Below are positions 12,418-25,920 of a DNA stretch of 64,000 nt, piece after piece. The stretch is taken from contig NC_043000.1 in NCBI RefSeq assembly GCF_006345805.1, positions 15,810,001 through 15,874,000 of the forward strand, given 5' to 3'. The notes beneath the pieces were generated by a model. The model ran no database searches, had not been told where the DNA came from, and worked only from the letters and a program-made list of their open reading frames with translations. The translations under genes were made by a program, and so were the position numbers. Origin of the DNA: Octopus sinensis (Eukaryota). Every line of letters begins with the position of its first letter. Within the stretch, counting starts at the first letter, position 1.

Positions 12418-13455
12418 CACAGGCGTGACTGTGTGGGTGAGAGGTTTTCCTTCCAATCACATGGTTTGGGGTTCATTCCCCCTGCACAACACCTTAGGCA
12501 AGTGTCTTCTACTACAACTCCAAGCCCTACCAAAACCTTGTCAGTGGATTTGGTAGATGGAAACTAAAGGAAGCTTGTCATGTGTACACGTGTGTGTTTC
12601 TGTGTGTGTGTTTCTCTGTGTGTGTGTGTGTGTGTGTGCTTACCATTGTTCTGATATCACACAATGTTTGTAATCGAGCATCACTGTCATACAAGTGATG
12701 TAGTTCATTTCCAGTCTTCCATAAAAACATGTTTGGCCACAAGGAAATATTGGGTTGTCCGGAAAGTTTGTGCCGATTTATAGTAGCTCACCTTTCAACT
12801 TATTTTAGAACATGGTTGAGTCCATGAAATAAGATTTGACTACACTTCTATTTAGAGCACAGTTTAAGCTATCTTTTCGTGGAAGAAGGTTTATGTTCCT
12901 ATAACCTGTGTTAATTCTGTAACCCTTTAAAATGGAAGATAAGAAAGTTCATTTTTGGCACTTGATGCTTTGGGAACCAGACAAAAATTGCTGCAGCTCG
13001 GCTAGGATGTGTTACCCCACCCTCCATATTCACCAGATATTGCTCCTTCGGATTTCCACTTATTCAGGGCTCTACAGAATAGTCTTAATGGTAAAAATTC
13101 CAATTCTTTGGATGACATAAAAAGATACCTTTATGAATTCTTTGCCATGAAACCACCTCAATTCCGGGAAGAGGGTATTTTCAAGTCAAAGGATAAGATG
13201 GAGACGCATTGTGCAACAAAATGGTTCATATTTGGTTGATTAAAAATGTAATGGCAAGTATTTATTGAACTTTTCTTTCCTTTAAAAATCGGCACAGACT
13301 TTCCGAACAACCCAATACCTTACTTGGAGAAACATGTGAGAGTTGGTAACAGAAAAGTCTTCTGGCCATAGAAAATCTGCCTCAATAAACTCCGCCCAAC
13401 CCCTGCAAGTATGGAAAAGTTGACATTAAAACAATGATGAATCGTTATCACCGAT
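12418..13455 (+). mobile_element. SINE family A' (family A head, RTE-type tail) interrupted by mariner
   Basis: Head as family A; the tail after the mariner is ggaagtatggaaaagttgacattaaaacaatgatga-like. Confidence 0.75.
12750..13315 (+). mobile_element. Non-autonomous mariner element (internal deletion derivative)
   Basis: TIRs ttgggttgtccggaaagtttgtgccgatt / aatcggcacagactttccgaacaacccaa flanked by TA. Transposase start MEDKKVHF is fused to the C-terminal HPPYSPDIAPSDFHLF motif. Confidence 0.93.
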
Positions 13456-13644
13456 GAAGATTTTCTTTTAAAATATTGTAACACAGGCAGATCAACATGC
13501 AATCGCCCAAAGCTCTCTCTTCTTATTGCTGGCCTCAGTTTAACTTAGAACTTTTTAATTTTTAAAGGAGGATGGATTAGGAAATCCTAATGTTCTTATT
13601 TTCTTGAGAGCATTATATTATTGTTGTTATTTCTGTTTTACTAG

Positions 13645-13802
13645 GAATAGGATTAGCCTGGATGAAAAGCAGTTTGGCTTTATACAAAGTAAAGATACCA
13701 CTACACTAATACCACCTTCCTAATGAGATGACTACAGGATAAGTGCTTTGCTGAGAATAAGCCACTATTACCTATCTTTCATCAACTTGGAGAAGGCCTA
13801 TG
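13645..13802 (+). mobile_element. RTE-clade RT fragment
   Basis: RISLDEKQFGFIQSKDTT...LSFINLEKAY, a degenerate QFGF...FxDxEKAFD motif. Confidence 0.6.
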
Positions 13803-14106
13803 TTTGTCCCCCACAACATCACTTGACAACCGATGCTTGTGTGTTTACGCTCACATAACTTAGTGGTTCGGCAAAAGAGACCGATAGAATAAGTACTAGG
13901 CTTACAAAGAATAAGTCCTGGAGTCGATTTGCTTGACTAAAGGCTGTGCTCCAGCATGGCCACAGTCAAATGATTGAAACAAATAAAGAGTAAAGAATAA
14001 AAGAGTATTCAAGAAACACACCAGAATTGGTTGTCAAGCGATGTTGGGGGCGGGGACAAACACAGACACACAAACATACACAGACACACACACACACACA
14101 TACACA

Positions 14107-14490
14107 TCATCATCATCATCATCATCGTTTAACGTCCGTTCTCCATGCTAGCATGGGTTGGACGGTTCGACCGGCGATCTGGGAAGCCAGAAGGCTGCAC
14201 CAGGCTCCAGTCTTATCTGGCAATGTTTCTACAGCTGGATGCCCTTCCTAACGCCAACCACTCCGTGAGTATAGTGGGTGCTTTTTACGTGCCACCCGCA
14301 CAGGTGCCAGGCGAGGCTGGCAACGGCCACGGTCGGATTGGTGCATTTTACATGCCACCGGCACGGAAGCCAGTCGAGGCGGCGCTGGCATCGGCCACGA
14401 TTCGGATAGAGCTTTTTACGTACCACCAGTCCAGGGGTCCTGGCATCTGCCGGGTGCCAGTCATAGGATTGGTTCAATTTCGATTTGACA
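14107..14490 (-). mobile_element. Family D non-autonomous retroelement (tandem 50-60 bp units, RTE-type tail, (GAT)n)
   Basis: Representative copy. Others at about 3103-3378, 19224-19481, 20573-20938, 22846-23166, 28864-29089, 36960-37237, 41986-42222, 44664-44960, 46990-47298, 50823-51185, 55020-55366. Confidence 0.85.
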
Positions 14491-14716
14491 TGCTTCTTTG
14501 TGATCCAGTGGTTGCTGAAGAAGCTAGGTGTTGAAATCTGCACTTGTTTCCCTCACTGCTTATTCAATTCCCTTTAATCCTTCTGTCACCCTTCCTCTGT
14601 TTACTACGTCATGTAACCCATGAAATGAGAAATACTCTAGATCTGCCCTTACTCAATTCCCACTTCCACTCCTGTCTGTGTCCCTTATTTTTCACTCTCA
14701 TCACATTTCTTGAATA

Positions 14717-15144
14717 CTCTTTTACTCTTTACTCTTTTACTTGTTTCAGTCATTTCACTGTGGCCATGCTGGAGCACCACCTTTAGCCGAGCAAATCGAC
14801 CCCAGGACTTATTCTTTGTAAGCCTAGTACTTATTTTATTGGTCTCTTTTGCCAAACCGCTAAGTATGGAGACGTAAGCACACCAGCATTGGTTGTCAAG
14901 CGATGTTGGGGGAACAAACACAGACACACAAACATATACACACACATACACACACACACACGTATATATATTTATATATACAACAAGCTTCTTTCAGTTT
15001 CCATCTACCAAATCCACTCACAAGTCTTTGGCCGGCCCGAGGCTATAGTAGAAGACACTTACCCAAGGTGCCACGCAGTGGGACTGAACGCGGAACCATG
15101 TAGTTGGTAAGCAAGCTACTTACCATACAGCCACTCCTATGCCT
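14717..15144 (-). mobile_element. SINE family A
   Basis: Reverse-complement full-length copy. Confidence 0.9.
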
Positions 15145-15411
15145 ATGAATAATGAAGAATTACGTTGGAACCCAATACATTTCATCTGTTACACATGCGA
15201 AAGTTAGCCAACAATTTCTCAGGTCTCTCCTTTGTTGACATTATTACCCTCTCTCACCACCAAACATTACTTGCCTTGGCTGTTGTTTTCACTGATATCC
15301 ATTACACACACAGACACACACACACACACACACACAGAATTTTATTTCCATATAATATGTGACAAGGAGAAAATCTAAGAAAGAGATCCCTTTGCCAACT
15401 GTGATCAGAGA

Positions 15412-15832
15412 CCTATTTCTTCACTACCAACAAGGGGCTAAACACAGAGAGGACAAACAAGGACAGACAAATGGATTAAGTCGATTACATCGACCCCCAG
15501 TGCGTAACTGGTACTTATATAATCGACCCCGAAAGGATGAAAGGTAAAGTCGACCTCAGCAGAATTTGAACTCAGAACGTAACGGCAGACGAAATACCTA
15601 TTTCTTTACTACACACAAGGGGCTAAACACAGAGGGGACAAACAAGGACAGACAAACGGATTAAGTCGATTACATCGACCCCCAGTGCGTAACTGGTACT
15701 TATATAATCGACCCCGAAAGGATGAAAGGTAAAGTCGACCTCAGCAGAATTTGAACTCAGAATGTAGCGGCAGACGAAATACTGCTGAGCATTTCACACA
15801 GCGTGCTAACATTTCTGCCAGTTCGCCGCCTT
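15412..15832 (-). mobile_element. SINE family B with tandem body duplication
   Basis: Reverse complement; two near-identical body units. Confidence 0.9.
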
Positions 15833-16745
15833 GTCTGTGTACATATATTTTTGAAGTGCTCAACCAGAAACCACAAGTATGAAGAGTAAGTGAACTGAAA
15901 TGACTCAGCCAGGATTTGAACCTACTCAACATGTTTAAGTTGCAAAGATCTTATCACTATTTTACAGAACTCACTGTAAAGACATTAAGTATCATGATAT
16001 TTAATTATGCATTCAAACCAAATAATCACCATTCTAAACACAGATAAAACACCTATTTCTCTAAACATAAAAATTTAAACATTTAAACCATTTAAATACC
16101 TGTTTCTCCAAGCATAAAAATACCTTATTGCATTAAACATATACTTGTCTAAGCACATCTCTAAACATCTATCTAAAAACACATACTGGACATATGTAGG
16201 ACAATGCTAAACGAACATACATAATATTTATTTCTTCTATATTTACAAACACTCAGGTTCTCAGAGAAGAGACAAAATATATTGTATGATGTTTGTCTTT
16301 TACAAGGGTAATTTTCTTAATTTGACTTTGGATTTTATAACTCCACGTCTTACTTTAACATTCCAAACTCTCTCTGAAATTGACAATTACAATAATATAA
16401 TGGTATGATAGGATGAAATGTAAGATTTATTAAATGTTAAGGAAATGACCCATTATCTTCAGGCAAAAGGAAATCTCCCTTATTATGCAAACATACAACA
16501 TTTTGTGCACAAATAGAAAATTACATAATAATGGCTTATAGCTGAAAGCTGGTAAAAGGCAAAGATTAACAAAACACCACTTATTGTAAACTTAAATAGA
16601 CATTCTACATGAATTCAGCCCTTCAGATAGAATTATCTTAAATCATTCTTTTATTTATTTGCAGCTGATACCAACTTCAACAGGAGATTAACAGTTATAC
16701 CTATGTACATTTTCTTTTCTTTTTAATTTTTTGTGACATAATATA

Positions 16746-17755
16746 AGGTGCAGATGTGACTGAATGGTAAGAAGCTTGCTTCCCAACCACATGGTTCTGG
16801 GTTCAGTCCTACTGCTTGGCACTTTGGGCGAGCGTCTTCTACTGTAGCCTTTGTGAGTGGATTTGGTAGGAAGAAACTGAAAGAATGCCATTGTGTGTGT
16901 GTGTATGTATATGTGTGAGTGTGCATGGATGTGTGTGTGAGTGTGCATGGATGTGTGTGTGTGTGCATGGATGTGTGTGTGTGTGTGCATGGATGTGTGT
17001 GTGTGTGTGTGCATGGATGTGTGTGTGTGCATGGATGTGTGTGTGCATGGATGTGTGTGTGTGTGTGCATGGATGTGTGTGTGTGCATGGATGTGTGTGT
17101 GCATGGATGCATGTGTGTGTGCATGGATGTGTATGTGCATGGATGCATGTGTGTGTGCATGGATGTGTGTGTGCATGGATTTGTGTGTGCATGGATGCAT
17201 GTGTATGTGCATGGATGTGTGTGTGCATGGATGTGTGTGTGTGTGCATGGATGTGTGTGTGTGTGCATGGATGGTGTGTGTGTGCATGGATGGTGTGTGT
17301 GTGTGTGCATGGATGTGTGTGTGTGCATGGATGTGTGCATGTGCATGGATGTGTGTGTGTGCATGGATTTGTGTGTGCATGGATGTGTGTGTGCATGGAT
17401 GTGTGTGTGCATGGATGCATGTGTGTGTGCATGGATGTATGTGTGTGCATGGATGTGTGCGTGTGCATGGATGTGTGTGTGTGAATATGTGTGTGCATGA
17501 ATGTATGTGTGTGTCTCTTTGCCTTGATCTTGTATGATTGTTGTAAATGAATGTACTTGTCATACAAGCAGTGTCATTCATTTCCAATAGTCTTCAGAAA
17601 TATGTCTGACCATGGGGAAATATCTTGCTTGAAAACAGGAAAGGGTTAGTGACAGGAAGAGCATCCACCCATGGAAAATCTGCCTCAGTAAACACCATCC
17701 AAAGCACGAAATCATTGAAAAGTGGACATTAAAATTATGATGATGATGATGGTGA
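16746..17755 (+). mobile_element. SINE family A' with central minisatellite expansion
   Basis: Family A head at 16746-16890, minisatellite, then an A' tail ending aaagtggacattaaaattatgatgatg. Confidence 0.75.
16891..17515. repeat. Compound minisatellite GCATGGAT(GT)n
   Basis: Dozens of units with variable (GT)n length; source of the H/T/C/V-rich pseudo-ORFs. Confidence 0.97.
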
Positions 17756-17953
17756 TTTCCTTTAATCAGAAAAACCTATGAATTGTCAAGTTGACAGAGA
17801 ACCAGTCAAACACTGAAGAGTCAACAGGTCATATGCTGTCACTGGTGTTGTGTTGTGATCAAGTCCAAGACGCTAGTTTTCACTGAATAAGTTCACCTGT
17901 CTCTAAGTAACACACTGTAGTATATTCTCCATTGATATCACACAATGTTATGT

Positions 17954-18330
17954 GGTGCTCCGTCAGTTACGACAGCAAGGGTTCCAGTTGATCTGATCGA
18001 CGGAACAGCCTGCTCGGGAAATTAATGGATAAGTGGCTGAGCACTCCACAGACATGTGTACCCTTAACATAGTTCTCAGGGAGATTCAGCATGACACAGT
18101 GTGACAAGGCTGGCCCTTTGAAATACAGGTACAACAGAAACAGGAAGAAAGAGTGAGAGAAAGTTGTAGTGAATGAGTACAGCAGGGTCTGCCACAAACC
18201 CTTGCCAAAACCTCGTGGAGCGTTAGGTGTTTTCGCTCAGTAAATACTCACAGTGCCCAGTCTGGGAATCAAAACCACGATCCCATGACTACAAGTCTGC
18301 TGCCCTAACCACTGGGCCATTGCGCCTCCA
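17954..18330 (-). mobile_element. SINE family C
   Basis: Reverse-complement full-length copy. Confidence 0.88.
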
Positions 18331-18399
18331 CTATAATCTACTACTGTAATTAAGTAATACAACTGTAAGTAGATAACATTGTAAAGTATAGAGCAGTGG

Positions 18400-18672
18400 T
18401 TTATCTTTTTGCCCACTGTTTTCCCCAGCAGAAAATAGAATTTCACAGAAACACATTGTTCCTTCATTTCAGCCTTTGCAAAAATCGACAAACAGGGAAG
18501 AAGCACTGCAAAACAAGGATGTACTGCATGGCAGTATGGCCCCAGAGGACAACACTGGTCAGCAGACTGATGCCTGAGGGTTGCATCAAGTGGCCTCTAG
18601 CGGCGGAAGCCTGAACTATAACGGGCTTGTCCCACAGAACGTTTCCAGTTACTTTTGGACACCACCTTGTAT
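18400..18672 (-). mobile_element. 5' fragment of a second mariner family
   Basis: Minus strand starts tacaaggtggtgtccaaaag and encodes MKEQCVSVKFYFLLGK, a mariner-type N-terminus. Confidence 0.65.
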
Positions 18673-18683
18673 ATCTATATATA

Positions 18684-19223
18684 TTGGGTTGTCCGGAAAG
18701 TTTGTGCTGATTTTTAAGGGGAAAGGAAAAGGTCAATAAATACTTGCCATTACCCAAGCTTTACCAGGTGCTCATGAACGATGGATTTTGATAGGTTGAG
18801 GCTTTCTGCCAATTCTAGGGTTGTGCAATGTGGGTTATTCTCATCTGTAGTGGATGGTCTGCCTGATCGCTCTTTATCAATAAGGCTACAATCTCCGGCT
18901 CGGAACCTTGCGAACTACATCTGTACAGTTCTTTCGGATAAAGAAACATCACCATAAACTCCACCTATTTCTTTGGTTGCTTGTGAGGCATTTTTACCTT
19001 TATGGAAAATGAAAGTGCCGAAGATGAACTTTCTTATCTTCCATTTTAAAGAGTTACAGAATTAACACAGGTTATAGGAACATAAATCTTCTTCCACGAA
19101 AAGATAGCTTAAACTGTACTCTAAATGGAGATGTAGTCAAATCCTATTTTATGGACACAACCATGTTCTAAAATAAGTCGAAATGTAAGCTACTATAAAT
19201 CGGCACAAACTTTCTGGACAGCC
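18684..19223 (-). mobile_element. Mariner of the same family, different deletion derivative retaining the N-terminal HTH region
   Basis: Same TIR at 18684; the other TIR is clipped at 19223. The minus strand encodes the degenerate transposase N-terminus starting MEDKKVH. Confidence 0.85.
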
Positions 19224-19650
19224 GCTGGTGGCACGTAAAAAGCACCATCCGATCATGGCTGTTTGCCAGCCTCCTCTGGCACCTGTGCCGGTGGCACGTA
19301 AAAAGCACCCACTACACTCATGGAGTGGTTGGCGTTAGGAAGGGCATCCAGCTGTAGAAACACTGCCAGATCAGACTGGGCCTGATGCAGCCTTCTGGCT
19401 TCCCAGACCCCAGTTGAACCGTCCAACCCATGCCAGCATGGAAAGCGGACGCTAAATGATGATGATGATGATGATGATGATATATGTATGTATGTATGTA
19501 TATACATATATGGAGAGAGTGAGCTAATGTATGGCACATACATTTGATCACTATAAACCAATCACTTGTGCAGGTCATTCAGCAGAAGTTGAACACTCAT
19601 ACATCGTCTTTAAGTCTTCAATGGGAGAGTCCATTATATGTACACACATG

Positions 19651-19681
<31 letters not shown>

Positions 19682-19771
19682 CCATATGTCACAGCATGAC
19701 CAAATTTCAGTGATGGAAAGCAGTAAAAAATGCGAAAGAGACTATGTGTGTGTGTGTGTGTGTGTGTGTTT

Positions 19772-19852
<81 letters not shown>

Positions 19853-21216
19853 TGTGCATTCATTTGTTATCCTTTCCTTCCAGCTAACATGTGAAACAGC
19901 CTGGCTTCTGTAATGATACCTATCAGAGAACTTCAATTAATATTCCAAATCATTCTTGGCCGACGTGGTGACAGTCTTAATCTACGTCTATTTATCATCA
20001 TATTAAATTCGATCCTGTTCTATCTAATTTTGTGATGTCAAACTGACTCTCCCATCATATCATATCTTAATCTTGGTGGATGAGTTGTCTATGATAAGCT
20101 TACAAGCCAGCTCACATTCACCACAATTATTTCTTGTAAACACGTGGCAACGACATCAGATGTGACTGGAAAAAGTGTTTGAATTAGTTTCTCTGTGTGC
20201 AAAAGAATAGGCATGGTATTAAATTACCATTATATTCATAGACTCCTCTGTTACTGAATACTTTCATTTTACACAGGAAATATTTATAAGTCATTAACTG
20301 TTACATTTTGTGATATTTCATTGGATTTACATCAAGATAGAATGATTCATTTATCTTTATTACACAAGGACTAGTTTCAGTTAAAGATTTACAAAGAATT
20401 AACATGCATTATTGCCAGAGCATGTATATTCAGAGATACAATCTTGTATGAAAAACATAATTATTTCTCCCATAAGCAGGAGGCTATCACAAATTTAGGG
20501 AAGACCTAAAGTTAGTTATATCAATCCTAATTGACTAGTACTTTATTTTATCAACCCTGATAAAATTTGATGGCTGGCATCCGTGCTAGCGGGGTGCAAA
20601 GAGCACCATATGAGTGTGATTGTTGACAGAGCCAGAGCGACTAACTGGCTTCCATGCCGGTGGCACATACAAGGTACCATTCAAGCGTGATCCCGGTGGC
20701 GTGTGTAAAATGATTCGAGCGAGGTCGTTGCCAGTACCGCCTGACTGGCTCCGTGCTGGTGGCACATAAAAAGCACCCACTACACTCTTGGAGTGGTTGG
20801 CATTAGGAAGGGCATCCAGCTGCAGAAACTCTACCAGATCAGATTGGAGTCTGGTGCAGCCATCTGGTTCGCCAGACCTCAGTCAAATCATCCAACCCAT
20901 GCTAGCATGGAAAGCGGACGTTAAACGATGATGATGATAATGGACAAATCAAAAGTAAAGTTGATCTCAGCAATATTTGAACTCAGAACCTGAAGAGATG
21001 GAAGAAGTACAAATACCATAAGTTATTTTGTCCAAAACTCTTATGATTCTATCAATCTACAATTATCACAATATTGCAAGTACAGGTAGAACATGGATTT
21101 TTTGGTACCTTTAGTTCCAGAGCCTTTCCAAATTACTGATTTTTCTGAACCAGGAGGTGGTCACTTTGGTCAACACAGTGTTGATTAAACAAATATTAAT
21201 TTTAATTAAATAATTT

Positions 21217-21910
21217 GGTGCAGGTATGGCTGTGTGACAAGAAGCTTGCTTCCCAATACATGGTTCCAGGTTAGTTCCATTGCATGGTGCTTCGGGAAAG
21301 TGTCTACTACTAAAGCCTCAGGCTGACCAAAGCCTTGTGAGTGAATTTGATAGATGAAAACTGAAAGAAGCCTGTGATGTGTGTGTGTTTGTGTGTATCT
21401 ATGTGTATGTGTATCTGTGTGTATGTGTATCTGTGTGTATGTGTATCTGTGTGTATGTGTATCTGTGTGTATGTGTATCTGTGTGTGTATGTGTCTTTGT
21501 GTCTGAGTTTGTCCCTCACCACTGCTTGACAACCAGTGTTGGTGTGTTTACATCCCCATAACTTAGAGTTCAGCAAAAGAGATCAATAGAATAATTACTA
21601 GGTTTACAAAAAAAATAAATCCTGGGGTCAATTTGTTTGACTATAACTCTTCAGAGTGGTGCCCCAGCATGGCCACATGACTAAAACAAGTGAAAAAATA
21701 AAAGATAAACATAGGCATAGGAGTGACTGTGTGGTAAGTAGCTTTCTTAATAACAACGTGGTTCCAGGTTCGGTCCCTCTGCATTTCACCTTGGGCAAGT
21801 GTCTTCTACTATAGCCTCAGGCCAACCAAAGCCTTGTCAGTGGATTTGGTAGACAGAAACTGAAAGAAGCTCGTCGTATATATATATATATATTATATAT
21901 ATATATATAC

Positions 21911-21942
<32 letters not shown>

Positions 21943-22177
21943 GTATATGTATGTATGTGTGTGTATATGTTTGTGTGTCTGTGTTTGTCTCCCCAACATC
22001 GTTTGACAACCGATGCTGGTATGTTTACGTCCCTGTAACTTAGCAGTTCGGCAAAACATAACCGATAGAATAAGTACTAGGCTTACAAAGAATAAGTCCA
22101 GGGGTCGATTTGCTCGACTAAAGGCGGTGCTCCAGTATGGCCACAGTCAAATGACTGAAACAAGTAAAAGAGTAAAG
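21217..22177 (+). mobile_element. Two tandem SINE family A copies (older 21217-21707, younger 21713-22177)
   Basis: Two head-to-tail copies of different divergence. Confidence 0.88.
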
Positions 22178-22554
22178 GAAATACAAGTATTTATACATTA
22201 GTGTAAATAATTATTTCTACTATACTATGCAAGGTACCAGCAAACCAGACTGGCAGCTGTGAGAATTTGAAGTTCCTACTCATAAATTAACACAGGATAT
22301 AAGAGGTTCTGGACCATCAGTGTCTGAGAAGTCAGTGTTGTGCAATAATCATTTCTTGTGAAACGAAAGAAAGCCGGTGTTTGCAGGGAAAAAGTATTAA
22401 AAACTGAGTTGTCTTGACTTGTACATTATTGGTACTTATTTTATCAACCTTTGAGAGATGCAAGGTAAAGCCAACCCAAGCATGGCTTATAGGCTTGGCT
22501 TCATGCTCTGGTTTGATGAGGTTGGGGAGATTCCAAGTCAGTGGTCCTAGAGGT

Positions 22555-22700
22555 GTCATAATGTGTAGAGCCAATCAGGTCCACCAGTGCCCACCATGGC
22601 TAGCGCTCCTGTGCCAGTCCCTCTGCATCTGCCAAAGAGATGCTGAGCCTCTGGAGATCTTCTTTAATCATGTCCAGCCATCTGGTGTGGATTAAAACTA
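22555..22700 (-). mobile_element. RTE-clade LINE 3' fragment
   Basis: TRWLDMIKEDLQRLSISLADAEGLAQER..W on the minus strand. Confidence 0.6.
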
Positions 22701-23327
22701 AACAGTATAAGGCATTTGCTATTCCAGTTAATCTTCTGTCTTCATTAGAAAAAATATGGAATCCTTATTTTTAAGTCAAAAGTTTACATTATAGAGTCTG
22801 GTTTTTAACAAGATTTGTTTTCTTGTTGAAAAGCACTTTTTTAGACACCTGTGCCGGTGACACGTAAAAAGCACCATCCGAACATGGTAAATGCCAGCGC
22901 CGCCTGACTGGCGTCCATGTCGGTGACATGTAAAAGCACCTACCGATCGTGGCCGTTTGCCAGCCTCCTCTGGCCCCTATGCTGGTGGCACGTAAAAAGC
23001 AACCACTACACTCATGGAGTGGTTGGCGTTAGGAGGGGCATCAAGCTGTAGAAACACTGCCAAACCAGACTGGAGCCTGGTGCAGCCTCCATGGCTTACC
23101 AGACCCCGGTCGAACCGTCCAACACATACTAGCATGGAAAACGAACGTTAAATGATGATGATGATGAAAAGAAAAAACATGTACCCATGACCTCTTTTGC
23201 AGAGATTCCAACTTAAAATGTGTGTGTATGTATATATGAGAGAGGGTGGGGGGAGAGAGAGAGAGAGAGAGACAGAGACAGACAGATCAGTTGTTCTTAA
23301 TAAAAGAGAGAGCATTCAGCTATTTAA

Positions 23328-23546
23328 CCCTTTAGCATTTAAACTGGCCATATCCGGCCAAAATAGCTAATCTGTTTTATGTTCAAACTGACCAGATCCA
23401 GGCCCTCACACCTACCCTACAATGTTATTCTACATTAAGTAATTACACCATCAAGATCTTGAAGATATGAGATAATGCATGATTAATTCAAATCAATGGG
23501 AATCAGTAGGCATTATGTTTGATTGAATAATCTGAGCACTAAAGGG
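23328..23546. mobile_element. piggyBac-type MITE
   Basis: TTAA-CCCTTTAG...CTAAAGGG-TTAA ends; related copies elsewhere in the window. Confidence 0.85.
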
Positions 23547-23969
23547 TTAAATATAGTGAGGCTCATACTAACAAACAATGGCCATGAATCCATGTTTTAT
23601 AAAAGGCAAATGCCCTTCACTCATTAAATGGGAAATATATAATTCTAAATGAATGCTGCCAAAGAGGACTGCTGTAAAAATTCTGCATGCAAAGCCTTTC
23701 AGGAAAGTGAAAAAAAAAGTTATTTTTTTATATATAAAGAAAAAAAATCATTATTATTAAGAGTAAATTGTGCAATGACAGTGGTTCATGGTTATGGGTT
23801 CAAGAGTTATTTCCTTTGCCAGAGGAAAGCTCAGTTTTGAAATACCAAATAGAACAGAAAATACAAATGTAGGGAAAGGAAGAGACAGAGAGATGGTGGG
23901 ACTAAGGAAGGGAGAAAGAAAAGAATGGAGAACAAAAATATTAAATGGATGCAAACCTGAACAAGGGGT

Positions 23970-25180
23970 CTACTGCAAGAAATAATGAGGAGAGAGAACA
24001 TTTTTTTAGAATGTACTTCTGCTCATGTAAACAAAGTGTAAACATCTCTGATTTAGCAGTTAAGAATATTCTGGGTAAGAATATTCAAGTATTTGTTTCT
24101 TCTCTACCAAATACAGTTCTTTTGTTTTTGATGGAGTAAGGCTTGCATTCTTTCTGACAAGTGAAGGAAATCTGAAGTATCTATCTATTGAAAAGCCTTT
24201 TATACCTGTATGTGGAGGAAAATGTTTATCAGCTAACAGAAGGAAGCCTTACATTTGATGGACTTATAACGATTTTATTTGTTATTATGATGGCAAGTTG
24301 TAAGATGTGAAAGATGAACAATGCATGAAGTTTTAAGAAAGTATTTATTTACCGTTACGTTACAAATACCTTGCCAAAGTATGGGAAGTAAAGTTTGTGT
24401 TTGTGTCCTCTTCATTGTTTAGTAGTAAATACAGAGAGAGATAGAATGATGTTGTAAGAGAACAGAATCGGAGCTAGTGAGAGTTGTAGGGTGTGGGACA
24501 TTGTCTCACAGTTGCTGACAGTAAACTTTATTTCTCGTTGAGTCGTCACCGACTGTGACCAACTGGTTTTGCTTGGGGTGTGCTTGCTTATATAACCACC
24601 CAGAAGAATAGATATATCATTGAAAACAATAGATTTAGTTGGTGGTCTTCTTATCGCTATTCTAGCTTTTGGTGAAGTAGAAGAGGTTAGAAAGGGTCAA
24701 GCGATGAAGACATTATTTCGGCCTAGCTAAAGGGAATCTGGCAAATGTAAATCTGCTGTCAGAGAAAAACCATTGTTCCATTGTGGGAAAAGTTCTGGTG
24801 CAGTGTTAATTTAAATTTGGCTATGGTGGATTGAATCCACTTCATGCCTGCAAGATCCACTACAGACTTAACATTAAGAGAAAAATAGGTTTCAACCTGA
24901 TTATACTGCAAAGTCATTGCTATTTTGATGAGTCTGGGTTGGGTGTGTAAGAGATTTTCTCCTTGAGTTCACTTACTACTAGATTATTGCTCTAAAGGTG
25001 GGAGATGCTCTATCAAAGATTTCCTGACTAGAAGACAGATTCAAGATCCCCTTAACTAGTTTGTGAAACATCATGACTGGATGACACAATCTGTTGTTAA
25101 TATAGATGAGTTTCTCATTGGACATGCTGTAAGAAGTTCTCATCAAGCATGTTTGATTTGTACAGGGATGATACAATGAT
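23970..25180 (-). mobile_element. Degraded Penelope-like retroelement (RT C-terminus and GIY-YIG region)
   Basis: Minus-strand remnants NEKLIYINNRLCHP...LSSSQEIFDRASP, FNPP, and CKPYS...AKSEMFTLCLHEQKYIL resemble Penelope ORF ends; many stops and frameshifts. Confidence 0.65.
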
Positions 25181-25197
25181 TATATCGAAGGTACCAA

Positions 25198-25428
25198 AAG
25201 GTGGCGAGCTGGCAGAAACATTAGCACACTGGGCGAAATGCTTAGCGGTATTTCATCTGCTATTACGTTCTGAGTTCAAATTCCGCCGAGGTCGACTTTG
25301 CCTTTCATCCTTTCGGGATCGATAAATTAAGTACCAGTTACGCACTGAGGTCAATGTAATCGACTTGATCCCTTTGTCTGTCCTTGTTTGTCCCCTCTGT
25401 GTTTAGCCCCTTGTGAGTTGTAAAGAAA
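25198..25428 (+). mobile_element. SINE family B (monomer)
   Basis: Single head plus body. Confidence 0.9.
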
Positions 25429-25528
25429 TGTATATCTAAGGTGCCAATAGACATACATCCTAGATAAAGTATGAAAAGATATTATCCCCATTTTCATATC
25501 CTTTGGGTTTAGTATTACAAGAGAAACT

Positions 25529-25920
25529 GTGGAGGCGCAATGGCCCAGTGGTTAGGGCAGCGGAATCGCGGTCATAGGATCGCGGTTTCGATTCCCAGAC
25601 CGGGCGTTGTGAGTGTTTATTGAGCGAAAACACCTAAAGCTCCACGAGGCTCCGGCAGGGGATGGTGGTGATCCCTGCTGTACTCTTTCACCACAACTTT
25701 CTCTCACTCTTACTTCCTGTTTCTGTTGTACCTGTATTTCAAAGGGCCATCCTTGTCATTCTCTGTGTCACGCTGAATATCCCCGAGAACTATGTTAAGG
25801 GTACACGTGTCTGTGGAGTGCTCAGCCACTTACACGTTAATTTCACGAGCAGGCTGTTCCGTTGATTCGGATCAACTAGAACCCTCGTCGTCGTAACAGA
25901 CGGAGTGCTTCCATCCATCC
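25529..25920 (+). mobile_element. SINE family C, young copy
   Basis: A/B boxes, (CCAT)n tail, and 12-bp TSD ACAAGAGAAACT at 25517-25528 and 25921-25932. Confidence 0.93.

Noticed and set aside
16688-17587. Six long overlapping ORFs (193-299 aa) rich in H/T/C/V
   Set aside because: They are translations of the GCATGGAT(GT)n minisatellite, open in several frames on both strands with no domain content.
19900-22400. Candidate AG-bounded exons in unique stretches near 20.1 kb and 22.3 kb
   Set aside because: All frames close quickly and show no recognisable protein similarity; no second host gene could be supported in 1-38 kb.
25529-25605. tRNA-like sequences at SINE heads (also 26818, 35430-35505, 59690)
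   Set aside because: A/B boxes are present, but there is no complete cloverleaf or acceptor stem and each continues into a SINE body, so they are not tRNA genes.
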